Shown piece by piece: positions 29,726 through 41,540 of a stretch of DNA of 64,000 nucleotides. Location: positions 12,747 to 76,746 of the forward strand of contig CANIFC010000001.1 of the NCBI GenBank assembly GCA_947466695.1, read 5' to 3'. This stretch comes from Oxalobacteraceae bacterium (GTDB taxonomy: Bacteria > Pseudomonadota > Gammaproteobacteria > Burkholderiales > Burkholderiaceae_D). The notes beneath the pieces are model-generated. The model did not search any database and was not told the origin of the DNA. It was given only the letters and a program-made list of their open reading frames with translations. Within the stretch, counting starts at the first letter, position 1; each line of letters begins with the position of its first letter. Position numbers and translations under genes: made by a program.

Positions 29726-30147
29726 GGAGTAGGTCGGACAAATCTATCCGCACCGGGCTCACCGGTAAGCCCGGTGTGAGCGGGCGCGTACCGGGTTCCT
29801 CTAAGGATCAATATTTTTATTAATTCGACAATATAAAATATGCTGTTTACCGGAAAACCGTGCCGAGACAGTAAAACCCCACTTTGGGTTTGATAGTTCC
29901 TTTATTGGGTATGAACATGCTCGTTCCCGGTGCTTACGCAGACGCACTTTTTTACTCAACACAACAACGCGTGCTAGCTGTGCATATATGTTGCGCGACG
30001 CTGGCACCGTTCTTGCCACAGATGAGCCGGCGTTTGTCTATAGCCCACCTGTGGCACTGCTTGCGCATCGTCCTGCTATTGAACTTTATGTATTAACATA
30101 GCGACGCACTGCGCTAATAATATTCACTTGTTGAGCTCGAAAAAAAC

Positions 30148-31197
30148 TCAATCGCGCCCCGCGACCTGCATTACCCGGCCTTCAGCGGCACTTTGCCTGC
30201 CCAAGTCCAGCAATTGCATGACCTGCAACGCCTCGGTTGCCGGTACCGGATTCGCCGCGCCATGCAAGATGGCATCACGCATGGCCAGATAAAATTGCGC
30301 GTAGTCACCTGGTTCACTCGCTAATGTAGACTGCTGCAGCCATGGTCCGCGCTGGATATCGAGCCGGCCAGGCTGTGTATCAACGCCCCACCCTTCATCG
30401 CCCGGACGCCCGCCGGCTTTAAGCGCATCTTCCTGCGGGTCAAGCCCATATTTAGTGAAGCTGCCTTGAGTGCCGTGCAGCACAAAACGTGGTCCCTGAT
30501 GTGCGACCAGGGCACTGGCATGCAGGATCACGCGCTGCTTACCGTAATGCAGGATGGCGTGAAACCAATCGTCAGTGAGCACAGCCTCGCGCTGGCTTGC
30601 CAGATCCAGAAAAATGGTCTCGGGCATACCAAACAGGCAAAGCGCCTGATCGATCAAATGCGGGCCCAGGTCATACCACAGCCCGCTGCCGGGGCCAGCA
30701 CCGTCACGCCAGCGCTGTGGCACTTCTGGCCGGTAGCGGTCAAAATGGGATTCACAATGCGTGACGCGGCCTAGCTCGCCGGATGCCAGCAACTTTTGCA
30801 CCGTCAGAAAATCGCCATCCCAACGGCGGTTATGAAAAACCGATAACACCCGCTGCTCCGCCTTCGCCAATGCAATCAAATCGCGGGCGTCTGCTGTAGT
30901 GAGCGTGAAAGGCTTATCGACAACGACATGCTTACCCGCCGCCAGCGCCTGGCTTGCCAGCGCATGGTGCGTGTCGTTGGGCGTAGGGATAATGACGAGA
31001 TCAATGTCGTCGCGCGCAAACAGGTCTTGCGCCGTTGCACACACTGTCATCTGCGGCCAGGCCGTATGGACTTTACTGGCATCGCTGCTGGAAATGGCCA
31101 CCAGCTCCAGGCCGGGAACAGAAGATATCAGCGGTGCGTGGAAGGTTGCCGTGGCATAGCCGTATCCGACGATGCCGACTTTAAGTATTTTTTTCAT
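30148..31197 (-). CDS. Gfo/Idh/MocA oxidoreductase (YdgJ-like)
   Basis: VGIVGYG, GKHVVVDKPF, VFHNRRWDGDF, YDLGPHLIDQAL. Confidence 0.92.
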   Translation of the reverse strand: MKKILKVGIVGYGYATATFHAPLISSVPGLELVAISSSDASKVHTAWPQMTVCATAQDLFARDDIDLVIIPTPNDTHHALASQALAAGKHVVVDKPFTLTTADARDLIALAKAEQRVLSVFHNRRWDGDFLTVQKLLASGELGRVTHCESHFDRYRPEVPQRWRDGAGPGSGLWYDLGPHLIDQALCLFGMPETIFLDLASQREAVLTDDWFHAILHYGKQRVILHASALVAHQGPRFVLHGTQGSFTKYGLDPQEDALKAGGRPGDEGWGVDTQPGRLDIQRGPWLQQSTLASEPGDYAQFYLAMRDAILHGAANPVPATEALQVMQLLDLGRQSAAEGRVMQVAGRD

Positions 31198-31614
31198 ATG
31201 CTCAATTTCTAAAATTAGACGAGTTAGATCTTGCTTTGCAAGTATCGAACATACTGACACACGCAGGATCATGCCTTACAGATAACATATATACCAGCAA
31301 GAGTTTGCGTAATCAACTCTTTTAAGCTCACTGACGCTCAACTTGAACACCGCTCAGGAATAGACCCGCTGCCAGCGGTGCCCTGCCGTTTACAGCATGT
31401 GGTCATGGCTCGAATATTGAAACGCCAGCAGCAGAGCGGTTCCAGCCGGCAAAATAAATACCCTTTTTAGGCCCGCTCTGAAAATCAATCTCATATTGTG
31501 AAATATTGATGCAGTAAAAAAGACAGATATTGTTCCAAATTACGAAAATTAATTTCATATGCCGAAAAATAATATCTAAGTTATTGAATATAAACAGATT
31601 AATTTAAGTTATAT

Positions 31615-31628
31615 GTCTTATATAAGAC
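31615..31628. promoter_or_regulatory. Perfect 14-bp palindrome GTCTTATATAAGAC upstream of aceA (candidate GntR/SdhR-type operator)
   Basis: Palindrome seen directly. It resembles the TCA-cycle GntR operator core recalled for Burkholderiales. Confidence 0.6.
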
Positions 31629-31767
31629 TACCCTAGACGGTAAAAAAACAGCTATTATTCTTTCATGCAGTTCTGCTTCGATTTCACCACCCTGTTTGAC
31701 GTATGAGAGTGCGCCGATGTGCCAACACTTATTACGTTTTTTCTTCATCTACTTTTTTATTTAGGAT

Positions 31768-33354
31768 ATGAACATGTCACATTACCAAGACGACATCAAA
31801 GCCATTGCCGGTCTGAAAGACAAAGAAGGTAGTGCCTGGAACGCCATTAATCCTGAGTCCGCTGCACGTATGCGCGCTCAGAACAAATTCAAAACCGGTC
31901 TGGATATTGCCAGGTACACTGCCACGATCATGCGTAATGACATGGCGAACTACGACGCTGACTCGTCGAAGTACACGCAATCGCTGGGTTGCTGGCACGG
32001 TTTTATTGGCCAGCAGCAAATGATTTCGATCAAGAAGCATTTTAATAGCACCGACCGCCGCTACCTGTACCTGTCCGGCTGGATGGTTGCTGCGCTGCGC
32101 TCTGAGTTCGGCCCTTTGCCTGACCAGTCCATGCACGAAAAAACCGCTGTTGCCGACCTGATCAGGGAGCTTTACACCTTCTTACGTCAAGCCGATGCCC
32201 GCGAACTTGGTGGTTTATTCCGTCAGTTAGACGCGGCTGAAGGCGCTGCCAAGCAAGCCATTCAGGACCAGATCGACAACCACATCACCCACGTTGTACC
32301 TATCATTGCCGATATCGATGCCGGTTTCGGTAACGCTGAAGCGACTTACCTGATGGCCAGACAATTGATTGAAGCCGGTGCCTGCTGTATCCAGATCGAA
32401 AACCAGGTTTCTGATGAAAAGCAGTGTGGTCATCAAGACGGTAAAGTCACGGTTCCCCACGAAGACTTCCTCGCCAAAATCCGTGCTGTACGTTACGCGT
32501 TCCTTGAACTGGGTATCGACGACGGTATCATCGTTGCACGTACCGACTCTCTCGGTGCCGGCCTGACCAAGCAAATCGCAGTAACCCGCGAGCCAGGCGA
32601 TTTGGGCGACAAATACAACTCCTTTCTGGACGTTGAAGAAGTCTCGCTTGACTCAATGGGTAATGGCGACGTCGTCATCAAGCGCGATGGCAAGCTTGTC
32701 CGTCCCAAGCGTTTGCCTAGTAACTTGTTCCAGTTCCGCGCTGGCACCGGTGAAGAGCGTTGTGTCTTGGATTGCATTACTGCGCTGCAAAACGGTGCTG
32801 ATTTATTGTGGATCGAAACCGAGAAACCGCATATCGCCCAGATCGGCGGCATGGTGAAGGCAATTCGTGAGGTGATTCCAAATGCCAAGCTGGTCTACAA
32901 CAACAGCCCGTCATTCAACTGGACACTGAACTTCCGTCAGCAAATTTTTGACAGCATGAAGAGCGAAGGCAAAGATGTTTCCGCTTACGATCGCGCTAAT
33001 CTGATGAATGTTGACTACGACACGACGGAACTGGCGATTGCCGCTGATGAAAAAATCCGCACTTTCCAGGCTGACTCAGCCCGCCAAGCCGGTATTTTCC
33101 ATCACCTGATCACACTGCCGACTTACCATACAGCCGCATTGTCGACTGACAACCTGGCAAAAGACTACTTCGGTGACCAAGGTATGCTCGGTTATGTCGC
33201 TGGCGTCCAGCGCAAGGAAATCCGTCAGGGTATCGCTTGTGTCAAGCATCAGAACATGTCCGGTTCCGACATCGGCGATGATCATAAAGAATACTTCAGC
33301 GGCGAAGCAGCCCTGAAAGCATCTGGCAAAGACAACACAATGAACCAGTTCTAA
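31768..33354 (+). CDS. aceA: Isocitrate lyase (long Pseudomonas/Colwellia-type)
   Basis: LYLSGWMVAA, PIIADIDAGFG, QIENQVSDEKQCGHQDGK, YNNSPSFNW. Strong codon bias typical of a highly expressed gene. Confidence 0.97.
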   Translation: MNMSHYQDDIKAIAGLKDKEGSAWNAINPESAARMRAQNKFKTGLDIARYTATIMRNDMANYDADSSKYTQSLGCWHGFIGQQQMISIKKHFNSTDRRYLYLSGWMVAALRSEFGPLPDQSMHEKTAVADLIRELYTFLRQADARELGGLFRQLDAAEGAAKQAIQDQIDNHITHVVPIIADIDAGFGNAEATYLMARQLIEAGACCIQIENQVSDEKQCGHQDGKVTVPHEDFLAKIRAVRYAFLELGIDDGIIVARTDSLGAGLTKQIAVTREPGDLGDKYNSFLDVEEVSLDSMGNGDVVIKRDGKLVRPKRLPSNLFQFRAGTGEERCVLDCITALQNGADLLWIETEKPHIAQIGGMVKAIREVIPNAKLVYNNSPSFNWTLNFRQQIFDSMKSEGKDVSAYDRANLMNVDYDTTELAIAADEKIRTFQADSARQAGIFHHLITLPTYHTAALSTDNLAKDYFGDQGMLGYVAGVQRKEIRQGIACVKHQNMSGSDIGDDHKEYFSGEAALKASGKDNTMNQF

Positions 33355-33370
33355 GTTCTGGTTCCAGTGT

Positions 33371-33404
33371 AAAAAAGCTCGCTACCCGTAGCGGGCTTTT
33401 TTTT
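33371..33404 (+). terminator. Rho-independent terminator after aceA
   Basis: aaaaaagctcgctac-cc-gtagcgggcttttttt hairpin plus T-tract. Confidence 0.85.
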
Positions 33405-33541
33405 CGCCTGCAATTCAATATCTGCTGCTACGACCCTGATGTAGCGTTCGCCTGCATAATAATTTCCATGCTAAGAAAAATTAAAAAATTTGCCGTTCAG
33501 GTGGGCGTATAAAACTTATTGCCCACCTAAACAGGCAAGCA

Positions 33542-33865
33542 TCAGACGTAACGCAGCTTGAGCATATCCGGCTTTGCCTCGATAATTTCGATCACTTGCG
33601 CGGGCTGGACAGTTCCCTCCAGACGAAAGCGATTCATGCCCAGCGAGACCATGCTGGCGTTACTCAGGCGCAGGCGGTCATCGGGACCGGGCGTGCCGCT
33701 CACCACCTGCCCGGCCTGATCCACCTCCAGCGTTTCTCGGCCACGCCGGCTGAGCGGAAAAGCAAACCCATGCGTCGGACGGTAGACCAATACGTCAGCG
33801 CCATCCTCTTCAAACGAATGGGTCCAGTGACCGGCAAATCGCACCGCTTCGTGGCTCTGCATCAT
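33542..33865 (-). CDS. Hypothetical protein translationally coupled to the M43 protease
   Basis: ATGA overlap with the upstream stop. [10 protein letters not shown]...VYRP...FPLSRRGR. Confidence 0.75.
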   Translation of the reverse strand: MMQSHEAVRFAGHWTHSFEEDGADVLVYRPTHGFAFPLSRRGRETLEVDQAGQVVSGTPGPDDRLRLSNASMVSLGMNRFRLEGTVQPAQVIEIIEAKPDMLKLRYV

Positions 33866-36321
33866 GAGGCGTTGCTACCCGCACGTGGTGAACGGGACGG
33901 CCGCTGTGTGAGTGCCGCCGGCATGGCGGGAATAGCGGCTTCCTCCGCCACTGCCGTCCGGAAGGCCGAGATCACGCCGCCCATGTACTCATAGCTGGTG
34001 AGCGATGGACCCCATGCCGAACCGTTCCACCACTTATGGTAGAGCGCGCTGTCGGTGCCCGTGACGAACACATCAAGCCGGTTGGCACCCCATGCCACGA
34101 CGCGTGGTTGCGAGGTACAGACCCCGCCCATGTTTTCGTAACCAGTGAGCGACGGCCCCCAGGCCGAGCCGTTCCACCACTTGTGATACAGCGCGCTATC
34201 GGTGCCGGTGATAAACACGTCAAGCCGGTTTGGCCCCCACGAGACAACTTCCGGCTGGCCAACGCAGATGCCACCCATACGCTCGTAACCGGTAAGTGAC
34301 GGCCCCCAGTGAGCGCCATCCCACCACTTGTGATACAAGGCACCATCGGTACCGGTAACGAAGACGTCGAGCCGGTTCGGCCCCCACGCCACCACACGCG
34401 GTGCCGAGGTACAGACCCCGCCCAGCCGTTCGTAACCGGTCAGCGACGGACCCCAGGCAGAACCGTTCCACCACTTGTGATACAGCGCACGGTCGGTACC
34501 GATGACGAATACGTCAAGCCGGTTTGGCCCCCACGAGACGACTTCCGGCTGACCGACGCAGACACCACCCATGTTCTCGTAGGAAGTGAGCGAGGGTCCC
34601 CATGCCGAGCCGTTCCACCATTTGTGATAGAGCGCCCGGTTGCTGCCCAATACGAACACGTCGAGGCGATTCGGGCCCCATGAAACAACGCGCGGATCGC
34701 CAACACAGACGCCGCCCATGTTCTCGTAACCGGTCACCGACGGTCCCCAGCTCGTACCGTTCCACCACTTGTGATACAGCGCACTATCGGTACCGGTGAC
34801 GAATACATCAAGCCGGTTCGGCCCCCACGCCACCGCCTGGGGTACGCTGGTGCAGACGCCACCCATATTTTCATAGCCGGTAACGGAAGGCCCCCATGCC
34901 GAGCCGTTCCACCACTTGTGATACAGGGCACGGTTGCTGCCGAGTACAAAGGCATCAAGCCGGTTCGGACTCCATGCCACCACTGGTGAAGAACTTACGC
35001 GTGGCGCCCCGATTCCGATACCGATGCTGCTACGCACCCCATCCAGGCAAGCCTGCATGCGCGCTACCTGACCGGTAGAAAACATCACCATTGCGCGGTC
35101 ATCAACGTAGTCCATATAGTTCATGAACATGTCGCCATTCGGGCCGTTGCTGCAAGAAACATGCGGAAAACTTGGTGCACCGGTGTTGTACCCGCCCTGA
35201 TTGGGCGTATCGGCCACGTTGTCAGTACCCGAACAGCCGGTACCGTCGTCACCCCAGATGTGATTGAGGTTCAGCCAGTGACCGATCTCGTGGGTGGCAG
35301 TACGCCCCAGATTAAAAGGTGCTGTCGCGGTCCCGGTAGTGCCAAAGGCAGACTGCTGGATCACCACACCATCGGTCGCCGCCGGTCCGCCGGGGAACTG
35401 CGCGTAACCGAGCAAGCCACCAGCTAGCGGGCAAACCCACAGATTGAGATATTGATTCTGCGGCCAGGCGTTCAGACCACCTGTGCCGGAATTTTTCACC
35501 GCATCATTGTCGTTAAACGTCGCCGTACTGGTCTGACGCCGCTCTATGCCGCTGGCGGGTGCACCGTTCGGGTCAGTGTCGGCCAGCACAAACTCGATGC
35601 GGCTATCGCTTGCCAGCGGCAGGAAAGGCGCCGGTGCCGAATTCACATCCGGGTTGGTACGCCTGAAATCGCGATTGAGCACATCGATCTGGCTGGCGAT
35701 CTGCGCATCGGAAACGTTCTGCGTGGCGGTATTCCACACCACATGCACGACAACCGGAATGCGCGTGACGCCCGTGCGCTGCGTCGACAATTCGCCCAGC
35801 TCGTAGTGCTGTGCATGCATCTCGATTTCGTCCCGCATGCGGGCATACCCGGGCACAGTAGACAACAGCCGGCGATGCACGTCCATGGTGGCACAACGGC
35901 GCACCTGCGGCAGCTCGTTACCACCACCGCCACCGCCACCAATCTTGCCAAAACCACCGCCTTGATCAGCCATACCGCTGCCCGGCATGTCGCTGCCCGG
36001 CATGTCGTTGCCCGGCATTTCGCTACCCGGCATTTCATTGCCTGCCATAGTGTCAGCGTTAATCCCTGATCCCGCGCGAATTCCCATATCGTCGTCAGGC
36101 ATACCACCCAAAGTGCTGGGGCCGCTCAGGCCGGGCATGCCGCCATCATCATTACTGAGCGCGCCGATGACTTCATCATTAGGCATCTGATAGGCCGCTT
36201 CGTGCTCTTTGCTATGGCCGTTTCCACCGGCTGCGCTTGCACCAGAAACCGTACTGGCAGTTTCAACGCAATTGCAGTTTTCAGTCATCGCGACCATTCC
36301 TTTTGCTTGTTTCGTTTTCAT
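33862..36321 (-). CDS. M43 (pappalysin/ulilysin-like) zinc metalloprotease with C-terminal seven-bladed PLL-like lectin propeller
   Basis: RRCAT cysteine-switch-like pro-segment, [23 protein letters not shown], Met-turn FMNYMDY, seven 49-aa repeats. GGAGG RBS. Confidence 0.92.
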   Translation of the reverse strand: MKTKQAKGMVAMTENCNCVETASTVSGASAAGGNGHSKEHEAAYQMPNDEVIGALSNDDGGMPGLSGPSTLGGMPDDDMGIRAGSGINADTMAGNEMPGSEMPGNDMPGSDMPGSGMADQGGGFGKIGGGGGGGNELPQVRRCATMDVHRRLLSTVPGYARMRDEIEMHAQHYELGELSTQRTGVTRIPVVVHVVWNTATQNVSDAQIASQIDVLNRDFRRTNPDVNSAPAPFLPLASDSRIEFVLADTDPNGAPASGIERRQTSTATFNDNDAVKNSGTGGLNAWPQNQYLNLWVCPLAGGLLGYAQFPGGPAATDGVVIQQSAFGTTGTATAPFNLGRTATHEIGHWLNLNHIWGDDGTGCSGTDNVADTPNQGGYNTGAPSFPHVSCSNGPNGDMFMNYMDYVDDRAMVMFSTGQVARMQACLDGVRSSIGIGIGAPRVSSSPVVAWSPNRLDAFVLGSNRALYHKWWNGSAWGPSVTGYENMGGVCTSVPQAVAWGPNRLDVFVTGTDSALYHKWWNGTSWGPSVTGYENMGGVCVGDPRVVSWGPNRLDVFVLGSNRALYHKWWNGSAWGPSLTSYENMGGVCVGQPEVVSWGPNRLDVFVIGTDRALYHKWWNGSAWGPSLTGYERLGGVCTSAPRVVAWGPNRLDVFVTGTDGALYHKWWDGAHWGPSLTGYERMGGICVGQPEVVSWGPNRLDVFITGTDSALYHKWWNGSAWGPSLTGYENMGGVCTSQPRVVAWGANRLDVFVTGTDSALYHKWWNGSAWGPSLTSYEYMGGVISAFRTAVAEEAAIPAMPAALTQRPSRSPRAGSNAS
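33966..34983 (-). repeat. Seven tandem 147-bp coding repeats ([43 protein letters not shown])
   Basis: Counted directly in the translation. Confidence 0.95.
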
Positions 36322-36745
36322 AGTACCTCCTGGATAGATTTCAGCAGTTTTGCTATTTGCTTAAACACATGGCGATATCCGCCTGCGCTATTCGAATCCC
36401 GGTATGCCCGGTCGCAATAGTGCGACGGGTGAGGAAACGTTATCAACAATCCACAATCTGCACTTGGCTTGCAGACAGGCAACCGCTCTCTTTAACGTCC
36501 CGGCGGCGTTTGCAACTCAAGCGAGAAATCATTACACCTCGATCAGATAAAGGGTATCAATCACGCGTTTTGATTGCAGATCAAGATAATTATGCGATGT
36601 AGTCTAGTAGCTGAAAAAGCGGGGTCTTTGACATTTTGCAAGAAAAGACCAGGCTGATAGCGAGCAAAAAATAGTGAAATTTCTCACAAAAAAATACGTG
36701 AACGAGAAGGTATTCCTGTGGTGACAAGACGATAAAGTTGAGGCC

Positions 36746-36777
36746 GGCAACTTTTGACGGATTGATCAAAAGTTGCC
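36746..36777. terminator. Inverted repeat downstream of cusA (terminator-like)
   Basis: ggcaacttttga-cggattga-tcaaaagttgcc. Confidence 0.55.
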
Positions 36778-36870
36778 AAATACGATTACCTCCGCGCCTT
36801 CCAGCGTTTGGTAAAAGTTGTAGTTCGCGCCAGGTTTTATGGATGGCTGTCGCTGCTATCCGTTATTTTT

Positions 36871-39800
36871 TTATTGTTTAGCCAAGCCCCTCCTGCGCAA
36901 CAGCAAGTACACCGCAGGCACCACCAGCATCGAGAGCAAGGGCGCGCTGATCATGCCGCCGACCATGGGGGCGGCGATTCTTTGCATGACTTCCGAACCA
37001 GTCCCGCTATCGAGCATGATTGGTATCAGGCCGGCGATGATGACGGCGACCGTCATGGCTTTTGGCCGCACTCTTAATACCGCTCCTTCGCGGATCGCAT
37101 CGAGCAAGTCTTCTTCGCTGCCTTTGCCTGCTGCCAGACTGGCGTCCCAGGCATTTTTCAGATACAGCAGCATGATCACGCCGAATTCAGCCGAGACCCC
37201 GGCCAGCGCGATGAAACCCACGCCGCTGGCGACCGACAGATTATGCTTAAGCAACCACAGCAGCCAGATGCCGCCAGCCAGGGCAAACGGCAGGGTCGCC
37301 ATGATCAGCGTGGCCTCATCAAAACGCTTGAAGGTCAGGTACAACAGCACAAAGATAATGAGCAGCGTGGCCGGAATGACGATCTTGAGCTTGGCCGTGG
37401 CCCGCTCCAGAAACTCGAACTGGCCCGACCAGCCAATGGCGTAACCTGCCGGTAGCTTGAGCTCTTTATTAACGGCGCTTTGCATGGCATGCACCGCAGA
37501 ACTCAGGTCGCGTCCGCGGATGTCGACATACACCCAGCCCGATAGCCGCGCGTTTTCGCTTTTCAGCATGGGTGGACCGTCGGTGACGCGGATGTTCGCC
37601 ACATCGCCGAGCAGGATCTGGCCGCCACGCTCGGTCAGTAGAGGCAGCTGACGCAGTTTTTCCACTGAATCACGCATCTCGCGCGGATAGCGCAGGTTGA
37701 TCGGGAAGCGTTGCAATCCCTCTACGGTCTCGCCGATGTTTTCGCCGCCTACCGCCGAGGCCACAATACTCTGCACGTCTGCGATGTTCATGCCATAACG
37801 CGCGGCCGCGTCGCGCTTGATCGTGATGTCGATGTAGCGCCCGCCATTGAGACGTTCGGCCAGCGCCGAAGAGACTCCCGGCACCTGTTTGACGATGCCC
37901 TCGATCTGCGCAGTGAGCTTGTCAATCTCAAGCAGGCTGGCACCGGATACCTTGATCCCTACCGGGCTTTTGACGCCGGTGGCCAGCATATCGGTACGGT
38001 TGCGGATCGGCGGCACCCAGATATTGGACAGTCCCGGCACCTGCACCACCCGGTCCAGTTCTTCTACCAGCTTATCGCTGGTCATGCCGGCGCGCCATTG
38101 CGCACGCGGCTTGAACTGTATCGTCGTTTCAAACATTTCCAGCGGTGCCGGATCGGTCGCTGAATCTGCCCGCCCTGCCTTGCCGAATACACTGGCCACT
38201 TCCGGTACCGTCTTGATCAGGCGATCGGTCTGTTGCAGCAACTCGGCCACCTTGCCCGCGCCGATGCTTGGCAAGGCCGTGGGCATGTACAAGAGATCAC
38301 CTTCGTCCAGTGCGGGCATGAATTCGCCACCTAACTTCGATAACGGCCAGATCGTCAGCGTAGCCAATAGCGCCGCCACCAGCAAGGTGCTTTTGGGGAA
38401 ACGCAGCACAAGTTCGAGTAGTGGACGATACAGCTTGATCAAGAAACGGTTCAAGGGATTTTTCTGTTCGTCGGGGATCTTGCCGCGGATCAGAAAGCCC
38501 ATCAGCACCGGAATCAGCGTGACTGCCAGCGCTGCCGCGGCGGCCATGGCATAGGTCTTGGTGAAAGCGAGCGGTGCAAACATCTTGCCTTCCTGCGCAT
38601 CGAGGGTGAAGACCGGAATGAAGGACAGCACGATAATCAAGAGCGAAAAGAACAGCGCCGGGCCCACCTCGGCGGCGGCATCGGCGATCACTTGCCAGCG
38701 CGTTTCGCCGGCGAGGGTCTCACCGGGGTGGCGATGGTTCCAGGTCTCGATATGTTTGTGGGCGTTTTCTATCATCACTACGGCGGCATCCACCATGGCG
38801 CCGACCGCGATCGCGATGCCACCGAGCGACATGATATTGGCGTTGACGCCCTGATATTCCATGACGATGAAGGCAATCAATATACCGATCGGCAACGTGA
38901 TGATGGCCACCAGCGCCGAGCGCAGGTGAAACAGAAAAATTGCGCACACCAGCGCCACGACGATAAATTCTTCAATCAACTTTTCTTGCAGATTATCTAC
39001 CGCTCGCTTGATCAGGTCGGAGCGATCGTAGGTCGTCACGATCTCGACGCCCGGCGGCAGGCTGGCTTTGAGCGAATTCAGCTTGGCTTTCACGGCGGCG
39101 ATGGTTTCCAGCGCGTTCTTGCCAGAGCGCATGATGATCACGGCACCGGCCACTTCACCCTCACCGTTCAGTTCGGCAATACCGCGGCGCATTTCTGCCC
39201 CTACCTCAATGGTGGCGACATCACTCAAATGCACGGCAACACCGGCATCGGTAGTGAGCAAGGGTATCTGTCTAAAATCCTCCAGCGACTGCAGATAACC
39301 GGAAGCGCGCACCATGTATTCGGCCTCACCAAGCTCCAGCACAGCACCACCCGTTTCCTGATTACTCTTTTTGATGGCGTCGATGACCTTGCCGTGCGTG
39401 ATAGTAAAACTGCGCATCTTGGCCGGATCGAGCACCACCTGATACTGGCGTACCATGCCACCGATACTGGCCACTTCCGACACATTTGGTACGGCTTTTA
39501 GCTCGAATTTGAGAAACCAGTCCTGCAAGGAGCGCAACTGAGACAGATCCATCTTGCCGCTACGGTCGACCAGCGCATATTCATAGATCCAGCCGACTCC
39601 GGTCGCGTCCGGTCCCAGCGCGGTCCTGGCCTGCGGCGGCAAGCGCGACTGCACCTGATTGAGATATTCGAGCACACGAGAGCGCGCCCAATACAGGTCG
39701 GTGCCATCCTCAAACAGGACATAGACGTAAGAGTCGCCAAAAAAAGAATACCCGCGCACGGTCTTGGCACCGGGCACCGACAACATGGTGGTCGTGAGCG

Positions 39801-40002
39801 GATAGGTCACCTGGTTTTCCACAATTTGCGGTGCCTGACCAGGGTAGCTGGTACGGATGATGACCTGGACATCCGACAGGTCAGGAAGAGCGTCCAGCGG
39901 CGTGCGTGACAACGCCAGTAGGCCCCAGGCCGTCAGCAGTGCCGTCGCCAGCAACACCAGGTAGCGGTTAGTGATCGACCAGCGGATCAGTTGGTTGATC
40001 AT
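36871..40002 (-). CDS. cusA: CusA/SilA heavy-metal efflux RND permease
   Basis: [63 protein letters not shown]. Confidence 0.97.
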   Translation of the reverse strand: MINQLIRWSITNRYLVLLATALLTAWGLLALSRTPLDALPDLSDVQVIIRTSYPGQAPQIVENQVTYPLTTTMLSVPGAKTVRGYSFFGDSYVYVLFEDGTDLYWARSRVLEYLNQVQSRLPPQARTALGPDATGVGWIYEYALVDRSGKMDLSQLRSLQDWFLKFELKAVPNVSEVASIGGMVRQYQVVLDPAKMRSFTITHGKVIDAIKKSNQETGGAVLELGEAEYMVRASGYLQSLEDFRQIPLLTTDAGVAVHLSDVATIEVGAEMRRGIAELNGEGEVAGAVIIMRSGKNALETIAAVKAKLNSLKASLPPGVEIVTTYDRSDLIKRAVDNLQEKLIEEFIVVALVCAIFLFHLRSALVAIITLPIGILIAFIVMEYQGVNANIMSLGGIAIAVGAMVDAAVVMIENAHKHIETWNHRHPGETLAGETRWQVIADAAAEVGPALFFSLLIIVLSFIPVFTLDAQEGKMFAPLAFTKTYAMAAAAALAVTLIPVLMGFLIRGKIPDEQKNPLNRFLIKLYRPLLELVLRFPKSTLLVAALLATLTIWPLSKLGGEFMPALDEGDLLYMPTALPSIGAGKVAELLQQTDRLIKTVPEVASVFGKAGRADSATDPAPLEMFETTIQFKPRAQWRAGMTSDKLVEELDRVVQVPGLSNIWVPPIRNRTDMLATGVKSPVGIKVSGASLLEIDKLTAQIEGIVKQVPGVSSALAERLNGGRYIDITIKRDAAARYGMNIADVQSIVASAVGGENIGETVEGLQRFPINLRYPREMRDSVEKLRQLPLLTERGGQILLGDVANIRVTDGPPMLKSENARLSGWVYVDIRGRDLSSAVHAMQSAVNKELKLPAGYAIGWSGQFEFLERATAKLKIVIPATLLIIFVLLYLTFKRFDEATLIMATLPFALAGGIWLLWLLKHNLSVASGVGFIALAGVSAEFGVIMLLYLKNAWDASLAAGKGSEEDLLDAIREGAVLRVRPKAMTVAVIIAGLIPIMLDSGTGSEVMQRIAAPMVGGMISAPLLSMLVVPAVYLLLRRRGLAKQ

Positions 40003-41540
40003 CGCTTGCCTCCGGCGGCCATGTCGATCTTGCGCATTTTACTGATCTGGTAGTGACCCTCACCGGCCAGGCTGAATTCAAAATCAACTACGCTGCCGAC
40101 GACAATATCCGCCGCCAAGCCTTTTTTTGGTGGAGCGAAGCCCATCGTCATCGCGCCCCACTTGAGGCTGGCGACCGGGTCGTGCGAGATGATGATTTCG
40201 TCCTTGCTGATCTCTTCAATCTTGCCGTGTGCCTGATGGATCGCGGATACCTCAGGCATTGTCGAGGTAGTCTTGGCCGGCGTTGGTGAAGTTGGTGGCG
40301 GCTCGCTCATGCGCTTGAATCCACCCTTGAGACTCGATTCCGAGTCGATCAGGAACTGGCCGGAGGCGACGACACTTTGGCCCGCTTCCAGCCCCTGCAA
40401 AATAGCGCTCTGGCCATTGCTGCTGGCGCCGGCGATGACATCGACCGGATGGAACTTGCCACCGCCATCTGCCAGTATCACGACACTGCGCGTGCCAGTC
40501 TGTATGAGCGCTTCCGACGGAATCAGCAATACTTCGCTTGACTCGCGCGGCATCAGGCTGACCGTGGCAAACATGCCAGGCACCAGTTGCCGGCCGGGAT
40601 TGGCGAGCGTAATGCGGGCCTTGAGTGTGCGGGTGACCGGATTAATTTCCGGCAACAGCAGGCTGACCTTGCCCTTGAATACCTGTCCGCTCAGGGCGGC
40701 GGTACGCGCTTCCACTTTCGTGCCGGAGGCAATCTTGCTGATGTCGTTTTCCGCTATCTCGGCATTGATCCAGACCTGATCAAGACCGTTGATACGAAAC
40801 AGCGCTGCACCATTGCTGACGGTCATGCCTTCGCGTGCGATCAGTTCCGTGACCACGCCCGAGGATGGCGCCGTGATGTCCATGCGCGCATGCACTTTGC
40901 CGCCGCTTTCGACCAGTGCGATCTGGGCATCGTTCATGCCGGCCAGGCGCATACGCTGGCGCGCGCCATCGAGCATGCCCGGCATGTCCGGTGACATTTT
41001 CCTGACTGTAAAAAATTCTTCCTGCGCCGCCACCCAATCGGGCACATACAATTGGGCCAGCACCTGGCCCTTGTGTACCGTCTCGAGCGGCGTACGTACC
41101 AGCAGTTTTTCCAAAAAGCCATTGCTGCGCGCCTGCACCAAGGCGACATCGGCCTCGTTATAGGCCACGCTGCCCACCGCACTGACGGTATCGCCGAGCT
41201 TGCCGCGGGTGACCTGTGCCAGACGTACCCCCAGATTTTGCTGCATGCGCGGGCTGATGCTGACCGTACCACCGGCATCATTGCTTTCTGCGCTATCGGC
41301 GTATACCGGCACCAGTTGCATATCCATGAAGGGTGACGGTCCCGGCTTGTCGAAACGCGCCGCAGGCATCATCGGGTCATGCCAGTACAGGACTTTTTTT
41401 TCTGCTGGCGGGGGTATTGCAACACCGTCAGTGGTCGCGTGTTGCCTGCCACGGCTAAGCCCGAGTTGATACAGGGCAAAGCCCGAGGCGCCGGCAAGAA
41501 CTATCGCAGCGGCGACGAGGAGGCGTTTTTTAGTATTCAT
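39999..41540 (-). CDS. cusB: CusB periplasmic adaptor with C-terminal CusF-like domain
   Basis: YWHDPM...[14 protein letters not shown]-terminal Met site, [10 protein letters not shown]-terminal [18 protein letters not shown] (CusF H/W/MxM). Confidence 0.93.
   Translation of the reverse strand: MNTKKRLLVAAAIVLAGASGFALYQLGLSRGRQHATTDGVAIPPPAEKKVLYWHDPMMPAARFDKPGPSPFMDMQLVPVYADSAESNDAGGTVSISPRMQQNLGVRLAQVTRGKLGDTVSAVGSVAYNEADVALVQARSNGFLEKLLVRTPLETVHKGQVLAQLYVPDWVAAQEEFFTVRKMSPDMPGMLDGARQRMRLAGMNDAQIALVESGGKVHARMDITAPSSGVVTELIAREGMTVSNGAALFRINGLDQVWINAEIAENDISKIASGTKVEARTAALSGQVFKGKVSLLLPEINPVTRTLKARITLANPGRQLVPGMFATVSLMPRESSEVLLIPSEALIQTGTRSVVILADGGGKFHPVDVIAGASSNGQSAILQGLEAGQSVVASGQFLIDSESSLKGGFKRMSEPPPTSPTPAKTTSTMPEVSAIHQAHGKIEEISKDEIIISHDPVASLKWGAMTMGFAPPKKGLAADIVVGSVVDFEFSLAGEGHYQISKMRKIDMAAGGKR

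Noticed and set aside
33966-34983. 147-bp repeats as a CRISPR array or DGR template/variable repeats
   Set aside because: The repeats are contiguous, in-frame and vary mainly at synonymous sites. There are no unique spacers, cas genes or reverse transcriptase.
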